DNA of 52,537 nucleotides from an uncultured Enterobacteriaceae bacterium (GTDB lineage Bacteria; Pseudomonadota; Gammaproteobacteria; Burkholderiales; SG8-39): the NCBI GenBank assembly GCA_964582155.1, contig CAZOSA010000002.1, positions 1,432-53,968 on the forward strand, given 5' to 3'. The translations under genes and the position numbers were made by a program. Positions within the stretch are counted from its first letter, which is position 1, and each line of letters starts with the position of its first letter. Shown in pieces: positions 43,293 to 52,446 of this stretch. The notes under the pieces are model-generated. The model made no database searches. It was not told where the DNA came from and saw only the letters and a list, made by a program, of their open reading frames with translations.

Positions 43293-44582
43293 CTAGAATG
43301 CCAGGCGCGCGCTCAGGCTGGCGATGTCGGCCTCGTAGTCGCCGAAGGCTGCCGTCGAGGAGCGGGTTTCGTGCCGCAGCCCCAGAAACACCCGCACGGC
43401 CCGAATGGGCTGATAGGCAATCGCCAGGCCCGCCGTGCGCACCCGGTCGCTGCGAGGCGGCACCGTGCCCAGGACCAAGCCGGGATCGCCGAGGTATTCC
43501 CAATCGCTGTAATCAAGCAGGCCCGACACGCTGACCTTGTCGGTCATCCGGTACGCCGGGCGCAGCGCGATGCCCGTCACGAGCACGAAGCCGATGTTGA
43601 CGCCTGCGTTGATTTCGTCGGGCGCAGCGATGTCTTTTTGCGCGGTGGCGACGAACGTGAGCTTGCCGGTAGGCTGCCACTCGTAAGTGGCATTGAAAAT
43701 CCCGGTCAGCGTAAAGTCACGCTCCGGCAACTGCGCGAAGCTGCGCTCGACCCAGCCGGTGTTCGCGCGCAGCCGTGAGCGTGCGGAAAAGGTCCAGTCG
43801 GCGACCACGGAGACCCGGTTCTGCCGGTAGGAGTTGTCGACCAGGATGCCGTTGACCGGTTGCTGGTTGGGAAGCGTGACGTCCTGCGTCTTCAGGCCGA
43901 GGCCGATCTGGTTCCTGGCTGGCGTGACGTAGCTCAAGGTAAGACCGGCGCCCTCGCTCCTGATGTCGTTCACCTTTCGCTCCGCGACCTCGTTCGACTG
44001 CTCCAGCCTGTTCGCTTCGCCGCGCAAGCGCCAGCGTGGCGTCAGCAGGTACGCGGCATTCAAGAATGTTTTTTGCGTCTCCAGGGCGTTGGGCGTGCCG
44101 AGCGGGGATCCACCCTGAACGTTGGCCAGCGATGCCAAAGCGCGGTCGGTGGTGTGTCCCAGTTCACCGCTGAAGTCGCTGCCCGCCGCCCACTGCCAGA
44201 TTGCCCGCCCGTGGCGCTCGGTGTAATCGAGAATGGTGAACCGGCGGTAGCGGTTGTCGTTGAATGACAGGCCGCCCAGAATGCGCTGCCGGCCCACCGG
44301 CACGTCAAGGTTCAGTCCGACGGAGGTAGTGAGGTAAGTATCCCCTGTCGGATCAAGCTGCCCGGAAAGGCGGAACACGTTATCGTCATGAACAAGGGTT
44401 TGCGCGACGAACGGCTCGACCTGGCCGTCGGCCAATGCGTGGGAATCGTTCACCCAGGCCATGGGCCCGGCCGCAAGTGCCATCGTTGCCAGCCCGCGCA
44501 GGCACAAGCCGCCGCGGCGCCCCGATCGACTGCCGGAGGCCGGGCTGGCGCATTTGTCGCCGATGCCTGTGGGCGCAAACAA
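43293..44582 (-). CDS. epsL: EpsL-like outer-membrane beta-barrel protein of PEP-CTERM/Eps loci
   Basis: 429 aa. Alternating beta-strand pattern and a terminal aromatic residue (...SARLAF). Position between the PEP-CTERM protein gene and epsE. Confidence 0.55.
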   Translation of the reverse strand: MFAPTGIGDKCASPASGSRSGRRGGLCLRGLATMALAAGPMAWVNDSHALADGQVEPFVAQTLVHDDNVFRLSGQLDPTGDTYLTTSVGLNLDVPVGRQRILGGLSFNDNRYRRFTILDYTERHGRAIWQWAAGSDFSGELGHTTDRALASLANVQGGSPLGTPNALETQKTFLNAAYLLTPRWRLRGEANRLEQSNEVAERKVNDIRSEGAGLTLSYVTPARNQIGLGLKTQDVTLPNQQPVNGILVDNSYRQNRVSVVADWTFSARSRLRANTGWVERSFAQLPERDFTLTGIFNATYEWQPTGKLTFVATAQKDIAAPDEINAGVNIGFVLVTGIALRPAYRMTDKVSVSGLLDYSDWEYLGDPGLVLGTVPPRSDRVRTAGLAIAYQPIRAVRVFLGLRHETRSSTAAFGDYEADIASLSARLAF

Positions 44583-44754
44583 GTTTCAGTCCCCGATGCT
44601 CTGATCAATGATAACGACAATCGTGCGGCGGCGCGCCGGCCAGGCGCATGATCGCGGCGTCGTTGCTTGAGGTGTCGCGACTCCAGTACCGAAAACCAGG
44701 ATCACCACCCGGCTTCGCCACATTGCCGTGCCCGCCCTGCGGGCCGTGCAGTTC

Positions 44755-45396
44755 TCAGGATATCAAGAACCGTCGCCTTGCTACTGCGCACATGCCGAGG
44801 AACCCCGCGATCAGCACGACCCAGATGCCTGGCTCCGCAATAGAGCTGTCGGAGGCCCACATCCATTGCTCTGCTGGCCTGTCGTTGCCGGCCTGCGGTG
44901 TGCCCGGAAGGCGGACAGGGGTGCTTTGGATCAGAGAAAGCTCCATGACCGGCCGGGCGTCCCTGGCGCCGCCCGACGGACTGCGACCCGTCAAGCCGTC
45001 CGTTGTCCTGTCCGAAGTGTCGAGAACAATCGGCATGCTTTCGCCCTTGCCCGTGCCCGCCGTCGCCCCGGCTGAATGATAGCGAGGCGTGCCGGAATCT
45101 GCGACCACCAACTTCATTTTGTCCCGGGAGCGCCGGAATTCCATGTCTCCCTGGTCCGTGCCCGGACGACCCGGCTGGTGCTGCACGCCATCGATCTTCA
45201 AGGCCAGGTCGTCGCAACCCACTTGCAGGGACGAACTCTGATCGCGGCGCACGCTCGGCATGCGGTAATCCATGTAACCGCCGGCCTCGCAAAAGCCGCG
45301 TGCAATGGCGTTGCGGTAATCCAGGGCCAGGACCGGCATGGACCAGATCGACGCAGCCACGATCAACGTGAGATGTAAACCAGCAATCCTGTGCAC
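44755..45396 (-). CDS. PEP-CTERM sorting-domain protein
   Basis: 213 aa. Signal peptide MHRIAGLHLTLIVAASIWSMPVLA, a low-complexity G/S/T/P/D/R-rich middle, and a C-terminus IAEPGIWVVLIAGFLGMCAVARRRFLIS (motif + TM helix + Arg cluster). Confidence 0.65.
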   Translation of the reverse strand: MHRIAGLHLTLIVAASIWSMPVLALDYRNAIARGFCEAGGYMDYRMPSVRRDQSSSLQVGCDDLALKIDGVQHQPGRPGTDQGDMEFRRSRDKMKLVVADSGTPRYHSAGATAGTGKGESMPIVLDTSDRTTDGLTGRSPSGGARDARPVMELSLIQSTPVRLPGTPQAGNDRPAEQWMWASDSSIAEPGIWVVLIAGFLGMCAVARRRFLIS

Positions 45397-45432
45397 GGCT
45401 CAACGCCTTTCAATTCAGTCACTTATCCCGCA

Positions 45433-46311
45433 TCAGGGTTTGAGGATGCGCAGTTCCAGGGCCTTGCCGACGGCTTGTGCGCGATTGACCACGTCCAGCT
45501 TGCGCAGAATCTTCTGTACGTGGTTCTTCACGGTCAGCGGGCTTATGCCGAGGATGGCTCCGATCTCGAAGTTGCTCTTTCCAAGAGAAACCCATCTCAG
45601 AATTTCCTGTTCCCGCGTCGTTATCTTTCCTGTTTCTTCGGATTTCACGCCGTCATTGCATTTCGTGCGCCCATTGACTTCGGTACGCACCCATGCGGCG
45701 TGCACGAACGGCGTCACCAGTCGCGCGAGGTACGCGTGTCTCGGGGCGAGCGTTCCCGGAACACAGACAAACGCATAAAAGCCGCTTGCCTGCCCTTGCG
45801 CGTCGTGGGTTCCGTGCGCCAGGATCTGCGTGGCACTGACGCGCTCGAGTTCCTGCGCGAACAGGCCCCTGGAAAACGTGCTGTCTCCCGCATTGCATAT
45901 CAGCGGCCGGAATTCCCGCTCTTCCCAGAGCTTGATCAGGTTCAGCGCCACGGAGGTATCCCGCAGGAACATCTCGCCGAAGATTGCCTGTTCCGGGGCA
46001 ACCATCGAGAAGCTGTCGGCGCGCATTGTCAGCGGATCGCCGCTGCGCAATGCGCAGATCAGCACTTCATGCTTGATCAGGCTTTGCAGCAGTCCCTGTG
46101 TCCAGGCGAAGAAATGCGCACGCTGGTACACCCTGAGGGATGCGTCCAGATTGAGCATCAGCGTTTCGACGTCAAGATCATTCAGGGGCTCTGGAGTGCC
46201 GTTGACGGCGACCATCTCCCCTGCAAGACCTGAATAGTCAGCCGCGAGCTCCGGAAACCCAACCGGTCGAACCCTGATGCTGGGAGGAACTTCTGCTAAG
46301 CTGGCTTGCAC
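45433..46311 (-). CDS. epsA: EpsA-type LuxR-family transcriptional regulator of PEP-CTERM/EPS loci
   Basis: 292 aa. The C-terminal HTH is ITTREQEILRWVSLGKSNFEIGAILGISPLTVKNHVQKILRKL. The N-terminal domain of about 200 aa has no receiver motifs. Divergent from the priming transferase. Confidence 0.7.
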   Translation of the reverse strand: MQASLAEVPPSIRVRPVGFPELAADYSGLAGEMVAVNGTPEPLNDLDVETLMLNLDASLRVYQRAHFFAWTQGLLQSLIKHEVLICALRSGDPLTMRADSFSMVAPEQAIFGEMFLRDTSVALNLIKLWEEREFRPLICNAGDSTFSRGLFAQELERVSATQILAHGTHDAQGQASGFYAFVCVPGTLAPRHAYLARLVTPFVHAAWVRTEVNGRTKCNDGVKSEETGKITTREQEILRWVSLGKSNFEIGAILGISPLTVKNHVQKILRKLDVVNRAQAVGKALELRILKP

Positions 46312-46513
46312 GGCAATTCTCTCAAGTCATTAACCGAACCCGCCATTTGCACCTGTGGGGCCCGGCCGGAACCCAGAGTAGCTTGACGGGGGGCCGCGGT
46401 ATGTACGCTATCGCACGCAGCTGAAGCGAGGGTTCACGGTAGTCCGATGGGGCTATCGTAACGGGCCTGCGGCCACATCATCGCTGCATCGCGCCTGAAC
46501 TACTTTCTCGATC

Positions 46514-47911
46514 GTGCTCCAGTTCCTGAATAGCCAGCCACGACTGCTCCCCAGCCAGCCAAGCGCTGCGGTCCTGCTTCGCGCCGCAGTCGATCCGGCG
46601 GTGGCTGTCGGCTCCCTTGTGGCCTGCGCCCTGTGGTTCGACGGACGTTTCGGCGGGGCCTATCTGATACTCGCCCTGCTCGTGTTCTCGATGACCTTTC
46701 CGGGCAATCTCGCGCGGGCCACTGCGAGCCTGGGTGATCTGATCCGGGGCATCGTCACTGAATGGCTGGCGATTCTCGCGCTTTTGCTGTTGCTTGGCTG
46801 GGCGTCGGGAACTCTGAGGAACTTCGATCCGCGCGCAATTCTTGCATGGGTCATTGCGACACCGCTGGCCCTGTTCGCGGCGCACCGTCTGATTCCACTG
46901 GTCCTGCCGTGGTTGCTGGCTGCGGAAGGCCTGCAAAGGACTGCCGTCATCGCCGGGGCGAATGGGCTCGGCCGCGACCTCGGCGCGCATCTTCGCGCCC
47001 GACCATTCCTCGGCATCCGCTTTGCGGGCTACTTTGACGACCGCGGCACGCCCCGGGACGGGGATCTTGAGCAGGGGGAAAATCTCGGAGACCTGAGCCG
47101 CCTGGCGGAGTACGTCAAGAAGCAGCACATCGACATGATCTACATCACGCTGCCCATGACATCGCAGCCGCGCGTCCGCGCGCTGCTGGAGGGCCTGCAC
47201 GACACGACGGCATCCGTCTATTTCGCACCGGACATCTCCCTGTACGACCTGATCCAGGCACGCGTGGAGACGATAGGAGGGCTCCCGGTGCTTGCCGTGT
47301 GCGAATCGCCATTCTACGGAGTCGACGGACTGATCAAGCGCGTCAGCGATATTGTTGTTGCGTCGACGATACTGGCTCTGATTTCGCCCCTGATGCTGGC
47401 CATCTCGATCGCGGTGAAGCTGAGCTCGCCGGGAGCAGTGCTGTTCAAACAGCGCCGCTACGGACTGGACGGCAAGGAAATCGTTGTCTACAAATTCCGG
47501 TCCATGACCACCCTCGAGGACGGTAACGTGGTCACCCAGGCCAAACGAGGCGATCGGCGGGTCACCCCGGTGGGCGCCTTCCTGCGACAGTATTCGCTCG
47601 ACGAGTTACCGCAATTCATCAATGTTCTGCAGGGCCGCATGAGCGTGGTCGGTCCAAGGCCCCACGCCATCGTCCACAACGAGATGTACCGCAAGCTCAT
47701 CCGCAGCTACATGATCCGGCATAAGGTCCGCCCCGGCATCACAGGTCTGGCGCAGGTCAACGGTCTGCGCGGGGAGACCGATACGCTGGAAAAAATGAGC
47801 GCCCGGATCGAGTGCGACCTCGCCTACCTGCGCAATTGGTCGCTGCTGCTCGATTTGAAGATCGTGCTCATGACCATCGTCGTCGTGCTGAAAAAACAGA
47901 ATGCCTATTGA
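46514..47911 (+). CDS. Undecaprenyl-phosphate hexose-1-phosphate transferase (WcaJ/EpsB-type priming enzyme)
   Basis: 465 aa with a GTG start and N-terminal TM helices. KRVSDIVVAS..., LFKQRRYGLDGKEIVVYKFRSM, DELPQFINVLQGRMSVVGPRPH. Confidence 0.85.
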   Translation: MLQFLNSQPRLLPSQPSAAVLLRAAVDPAVAVGSLVACALWFDGRFGGAYLILALLVFSMTFPGNLARATASLGDLIRGIVTEWLAILALLLLLGWASGTLRNFDPRAILAWVIATPLALFAAHRLIPLVLPWLLAAEGLQRTAVIAGANGLGRDLGAHLRARPFLGIRFAGYFDDRGTPRDGDLEQGENLGDLSRLAEYVKKQHIDMIYITLPMTSQPRVRALLEGLHDTTASVYFAPDISLYDLIQARVETIGGLPVLAVCESPFYGVDGLIKRVSDIVVASTILALISPLMLAISIAVKLSSPGAVLFKQRRYGLDGKEIVVYKFRSMTTLEDGNVVTQAKRGDRRVTPVGAFLRQYSLDELPQFINVLQGRMSVVGPRPHAIVHNEMYRKLIRSYMIRHKVRPGITGLAQVNGLRGETDTLEKMSARIECDLAYLRNWSLLLDLKIVLMTIVVVLKKQNAY

Positions 47912-47939
47912 ACAACCCGCAAGGCGCCGACCCGGCGCG

Positions 47940-48641
47940 TCAGGTCCGCTCGTCCCGAAAGCGATAGCCAAGCCCGCGCACTGTCTCGATGGGTGCGTCC
48001 AGGCCAGACGGCGCCAGCCCCTGACGGAGCCTGCGAATGTGGACATCCACGGTGCGCTCTTCGACATATGAATCGTGGCCCCAGACCTCGTCGAGAAGCC
48101 TGGCACGGCTGAAAATCCTGCCGGGATGTGTCATGAAGAAATGCAGCAAGCGGAATTCGGTGGTCCACAACTCGATTTCGAGGTCTCCAGCGCTTACGCG
48201 GTGCGCCGCGGGGTCCAGTTGAAGTCCCGCGATCTCGATCACGTCATCGGAAAGTTGGGGCGTGCGCCGGCGCATGACCGCCTTGATGCGCGCGAGCAGC
48301 TCGCGGCCGGAATACGGCTTGGTGAGGTAGTCATCCGCCCCTCCCTCCAGCGCGGCGACCTTGTCCTGCTCCGCCGCCCGGTCGCTGATCAGCACGATCG
48401 AGATGTCTTTGGTGCGCCGGTCGCTGCGCAGCCGCCGTGCGAACGGCAGCCCGGGAATTCCCGGAAGAATCCAGTTGAGTACCACCAGATCGGGCCGGAA
48501 CTGGCGCATCAGCGCCTCGGCTTGAGGAATGTCGCCCGCGCAATGAACCTTGTATCCGGCATTCTGGAGATTGCCGGCAAGCAACTGCCGGGCCGGTTCT
48601 TCGTCGTCGACTACCAGGACCGCGCCTTCCATGTGCCTCAC
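47940..48641 (-). CDS. OmpR/PhoB-family response regulator (strongly PhoB-like)
   Basis: LVVLNWILPGIPG receiver. The winged helix EFRLLHFFMTHPGRIFSRARLLDEVWGHDSYVEERTVDVHIRRLRQGL closely parallels E. coli PhoB as recalled. There is no phoR or pst context, so no symbol was assigned. Confidence 0.85.
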   Translation of the reverse strand: MRHMEGAVLVVDDEEPARQLLAGNLQNAGYKVHCAGDIPQAEALMRQFRPDLVVLNWILPGIPGLPFARRLRSDRRTKDISIVLISDRAAEQDKVAALEGGADDYLTKPYSGRELLARIKAVMRRRTPQLSDDVIEIAGLQLDPAAHRVSAGDLEIELWTTEFRLLHFFMTHPGRIFSRARLLDEVWGHDSYVEERTVDVHIRRLRQGLAPSGLDAPIETVRGLGYRFRDERT

Positions 48642-48749
48642 CCGTTGTAGGGGACGTACTGCATGTCAGGAAATGCAGTCCGCATGCCGGCAGATTGCGT
48701 GTTTGCCCGCATCTCATCTGTTCGCTGTCGCACACAGCTTGCCCAGGGC

Positions 48750-49880
48750 TTACAAGGCAGGCCCTGCACGGTCCCGCGGTTGCGACACCGGAATGGAAAC
48801 TGACACCGTGGTGCCCCGGCCCGGAATTCCGCGGATGCTTACCGCGCCGCCGAAGAGCTGTGCCCGCTCCTGCATTCCAACCAGCCCGAGCGACTCCCGG
48901 GCGTGCACTGCGCTGTCGGCGATTCCGGCACCGTCATCCGCAACCGCGAGGGTGAGCCGTTCTTTGGAGATATCCAGTTGCACGCTGACGCTGCTGGCCC
49001 TGGCGTGGCGCGCAATGTTTGTCAGGATCTCCTGGAAGATCCGGAACACCGCTGTCGAAAGCGCGCTTCCAAGATCGGGGCCCTGTGCCGGCAGCTCGAT
49101 CCGGCAACGTATTCCCATCCGCTTCTGGAATTCCCTCGCCTGCCATCCAATCGCCGCCACGAGGCCCATGTCGTCGAGAATCTCCGGCCTCATGCCGGTT
49201 GCAATCCTGCGAACGACCTGCATCGTGGAGTCGATCAATTGGCGCATGATCTCGGCCTTCTCCAGGAGCGGCTTCTGGTCTTTGGAAAAGTGCTTGATCA
49301 GCCACATCACGTCCATCTTCAGGCCGGTCAGGACTTGCCCCAGCTCATCGTGTATTTCGCGCGCGATCCGGGTTCGCTCCTCCTCGCGGATGGAAATCAG
49401 GCGCGCCGCAAGCGCGCGCAGTTGCACCTCCGACTCCCGCAACCGCTGCTCCGCGCTTTTCCTCTCGGTGATCTCATTGGCGAGCGCCGCATTCTTTCTG
49501 TGCAGTTCGACAAAAACGGACACCTTCGAGCGCAGCACCTCCGGCACTACGGGCTTGATCAGATAGTCCACCGCCCCGGCTTCGTAGCCGCGAAATGCCG
49601 ATTCCATTTCCCTGGACACGCCGGTGAGAAAGATGATCGGGATGTGTTTGGACCGCTCGCGGCCCCGGATCAGCCGCGCGGTTTCAAAGCCGTCCATTCC
49701 CGGCATGCGCACGTCGAGAACGATCACCGCGGGATTGTGATTGAGCACCAGACGCAATGCGTCCTCCCCGGATCGCACGCTGAGCAGGTTCTGTCCCAGC
49801 GGTTCAAGCAGCGCTTCCAGAGCCAGCAGATTCTTGGGATCGTCATCAACCAGGAGAACGTCCGCCTTCCAATCGTCCAT
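48750..49880 (-). CDS. Receiver-domain histidine kinase (REC + coiled coil + HisKA_3 + HATPase_c)
   Basis: 376 aa. VLLVDDD ... VIVLDVRMPGMDG (acceptor Asp present). H-box REIHDELGQVLTGL; FQEILTNIARHA, DDGAGI, GLVGMQERA. Paralogue of 5450-6664. Confidence 0.85.
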   Translation of the reverse strand: MDDWKADVLLVDDDPKNLLALEALLEPLGQNLLSVRSGEDALRLVLNHNPAVIVLDVRMPGMDGFETARLIRGRERSKHIPIIFLTGVSREMESAFRGYEAGAVDYLIKPVVPEVLRSKVSVFVELHRKNAALANEITERKSAEQRLRESEVQLRALAARLISIREEERTRIAREIHDELGQVLTGLKMDVMWLIKHFSKDQKPLLEKAEIMRQLIDSTMQVVRRIATGMRPEILDDMGLVAAIGWQAREFQKRMGIRCRIELPAQGPDLGSALSTAVFRIFQEILTNIARHARASSVSVQLDISKERLTLAVADDGAGIADSAVHARESLGLVGMQERAQLFGGAVSIRGIPGRGTTVSVSIPVSQPRDRAGPAL

Positions 49881-50043
49881 TCGAGATCCCGCTTTCGGTT
49901 TGGTCGCTCCCGATGCTTTCGAGCCCTGTCTGCGTCCATAGTGCCCACGGCACGCGACCCGTCAAGCCGTCGAACAGCGCAATCTGCATGAGCCGATCGG
50001 ACCTCCACCCCCTCCAACTCGCGGAATTGATTCCGGTATATCG

Positions 50044-51231
50044 TTGCCCGGCGGCTGCCCCATGCTAGCCGGCACTCGGGGGTTTACCTGGGGGTTTACC
50101 TGCATGCCAGTATCTTTGGTCGACGCTGAGGACCTTACGGGCGGCCAACGCCCCGGCAACATCATCCACCGCGAGGAATTTGATCGTCTGCGAGCGGTCC
50201 GGCGCTATGAGCTCCTGGATGCACCAGCGGATGAAACCTTCGATCGCATTACCGCCCTGGTGGCGCGACTGTTGCAGGTCCCGATCGTGCTCATCAGCAT
50301 CGTCGATTCCGACCGGGTCTGGTTCATGTCTCGCCATGGCCTCGAAATACACGAGGTTCCTCGCGAAGCGGGGGCGGGTGCCTCGGTCTTCCTGCACTCA
50401 ACGCCCTGGAGCGTAAACGACGCGAGGCTCGATCCGCGTACCCGTTCCAATCCCCTGGTCACCGGCGGGTTCAACCTGCGTTTCTATGCCGCCGCACCGT
50501 TGATGACGAACGACGGCTATAACCTGGGAGCGCTGTCTGTCATCGACCTGCAACCTCGCCAGATCAGCGAATCGCACCTCGCCGTTCTCCAGGACCTGGC
50601 CGCGCTGGTCATGCAACAGATAGAGTTGCGCCTCGAGATGCGCTGCGCATTGAAAATGGACGACACGCTTCTGCAGCGAACACGGATGGACAAGCGGCGC
50701 GCCGAATACCTGGCCAAGCACGATGTCCTCACCGGACTTGGAAACCGGCGCAAGCTGGACGAAATCTTCTCCGTGGAGATCAATCGCCTGCGACGCCATG
50801 GCGGCAGCTTATGCCTCCTGATGGCCGACATCGATCATTTCAAGAAGATCAACGATAGTTGCGGCCATGCCTTCGGCGATGAAGTGCTCGCAAAGTTCGG
50901 CGAATTGCTTCACCTGCAAATACGTCCGACCGATAGCGCCGCCAGGATCGGCGGAGAGGAATTCGTGGTACTGATGCCCCACACGGAAATCTGCGCAGCG
51001 CGGGCCACTGCAGAACGCCTCCGGGCTGCCGTGGTGGAGCACACCTTCGGCACATTGAAGGAGTCCATCACCGTCAGTATCGGTGTTGCTGAACTGCAAC
51101 ATGGCGAGGAACGCGACTCCTTGCTGCGACGCGCCGATCATGCCCTGTATCGTGCAAAACACGCCGGGCGCAATCAGGTCGTCGCGGCGGACTCTGCATT
51201 GACCGGGACTGCCGAAACCCGGCCTGCTTGA
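50044..51231 (+). CDS. GAF-GGDEF diguanylate cyclase
   Basis: GAF-like RAVRRYELLD...FDRITALVARLLQVPIVLISIVD. The GGDEF domain has an intact active site RIGGEEF and I-site RPTD five residues upstream. The start may be the ATG at 50104 instead. Confidence 0.82.
   Translation: MPGGCPMLAGTRGFTWGFTCMPVSLVDAEDLTGGQRPGNIIHREEFDRLRAVRRYELLDAPADETFDRITALVARLLQVPIVLISIVDSDRVWFMSRHGLEIHEVPREAGAGASVFLHSTPWSVNDARLDPRTRSNPLVTGGFNLRFYAAAPLMTNDGYNLGALSVIDLQPRQISESHLAVLQDLAALVMQQIELRLEMRCALKMDDTLLQRTRMDKRRAEYLAKHDVLTGLGNRRKLDEIFSVEINRLRRHGGSLCLLMADIDHFKKINDSCGHAFGDEVLAKFGELLHLQIRPTDSAARIGGEEFVVLMPHTEICAARATAERLRAAVVEHTFGTLKESITVSIGVAELQHGEERDSLLRRADHALYRAKHAGRNQVVAADSALTGTAETRPA
50079..50102. repeat. Perfect 12-bp tandem duplication GGGGTTTACCTG x2
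   Basis: Units at 50079-50090 and 50091-50102, ending 1 nt before the in-frame ATG at 50104. CGGAAT-N2-ATTCCG lies at 50022-50035 just upstream. Confidence 0.8.
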
Positions 51232-51484
51232 TCGGGTCTTTCAGCATTGAGCAGTCTGTCGTGGCAGCAGATTGCCGTCCCATGCGTGCCAGCGAACAGA
51301 CCAGGTCCCGGGAGAAAGCGAGCATTGCCGCACTGAAGGAGCGATCCGGCATCCATTGCGTATATGGCTGCCGTGGGGGCGCTCCACAGTCTGCGCTGTT
51401 CAGCGCACGCAATCAGGTAACGCTGTGCGGCGCGGCCGGGGTTACGACCGGTTCCGATCGTCAATCAACCATAAGGAAGCTGCA

Positions 51485-51685
51485 ATGAACTGGGAACGCA
51501 TTGAAGGTAACTGGAAGCAATTCAAGGGCAACGTCAAGCAACAGTGGGGCAAGCTTACGGATGATCAGCTGGACGTGATTGCAGGCAAGCGCGATCACCT
51601 CGCCGGCAAGATTCAGGAAGCGTACGGCGTCTCGAAGGACGAAGCGGAGAAGCAACTTGCCAACTGGCAGGGCCGGCAGAAATAG
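51485..51685 (+). CDS. CsbD-family stress-response protein
   Basis: 66 aa: MNWERIEGNWKQFKGNVKQQWGKLTDDQLDVIAGKRDHLAGKIQEAYG. AAGGAA RBS upstream. Confidence 0.85.
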   Translation: MNWERIEGNWKQFKGNVKQQWGKLTDDQLDVIAGKRDHLAGKIQEAYGVSKDEAEKQLANWQGRQK

Positions 51686-51792
51686 GTCAGGCGACCGGTG
51701 TGATGACGCGGCGGGGCGCGACGCGTTCCCGCCAGCGCATCACTGCGTCATTCACCAACATCGCCACTATCGCTGCGATCACCGATAAAGGA

Positions 51793-52446
51793 ATGACGAT
51801 GCACAAGCTCAACATCGCTGCGGGCGCGATTGCGATCGGTCTCGCGTTCAGCGCCGGCGCCATGGCGCAAGGCATGTCGAAAGACGAATACAAAGTCCAG
51901 CAGGACGCTATCGCGGCCGAGTACAAGACCGCCAGGGCGAATTGCGACGGGGCCGCGGCCAATGCGAAGGACAAATGCGTGGCCGAAGCCAGGGGCAACG
52001 AAAAAGTCGCGAAGGCCGGGCTCGAGGCCCGCTACAAGCCTGCCGAGAAGTCCGAATTCCAGGCGCGCATCGCCAGGGCGGACGCCGATTACGCGGTGGC
52101 CAGGGAAAAATGCGATGACAATGCCGGCAACGCGAAGAATGTCTGCTTGAAGGAAGCGAAAGCCGCGCAGACCGCCGCCAGGGCCGACGCGAAGGCGCAG
52201 ATGAAGATCGCGCATTCGAGCAGAATTGCCGGCGAGAAAATCGCCGACGCACGCGTGAAGGCGAAGGCAGAATCAAGCGACGCGCAGATGAAGGCGAAGG
52301 CAGAATCGGCCGAGGCGCGCAAAGACGCGGCGCAAGAAAAGCGCGACGCCGAATACACGGTGGCGAAGGAAAAGTGCAACGACTTTGCGAGCGATGCCAG
52401 GGACCGCTGCATGGCCGAAGCGAAGGCGCAGTTCGGCAAGTCCTGA
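51793..52446 (+). CDS. Secreted Lys/Ala-rich protein with three CX10C repeat modules
   Basis: Signal peptide MTMHKLNIAAGAIAIGLAFSAGAMA. The repeats are EYKTARANCDGAAANAKDKCVAEA, DYAVAREKCDDNAGNAKNVCLKEA and EYTVAKEKCNDFASDARDRCMAEA. The start is 51793 or 51799. Confidence 0.6.
   Translation: MTMHKLNIAAGAIAIGLAFSAGAMAQGMSKDEYKVQQDAIAAEYKTARANCDGAAANAKDKCVAEARGNEKVAKAGLEARYKPAEKSEFQARIARADADYAVAREKCDDNAGNAKNVCLKEAKAAQTAARADAKAQMKIAHSSRIAGEKIADARVKAKAESSDAQMKAKAESAEARKDAAQEKRDAEYTVAKEKCNDFASDARDRCMAEAKAQFGKS

Noticed and set aside
46383-46388. TTGACG as the -35 box of the epsA/priming-transferase divergent promoter
   Set aside because: No acceptable -10 hexamer is present at 16-18 bp spacing, so this is too weak to call without transcript mapping.
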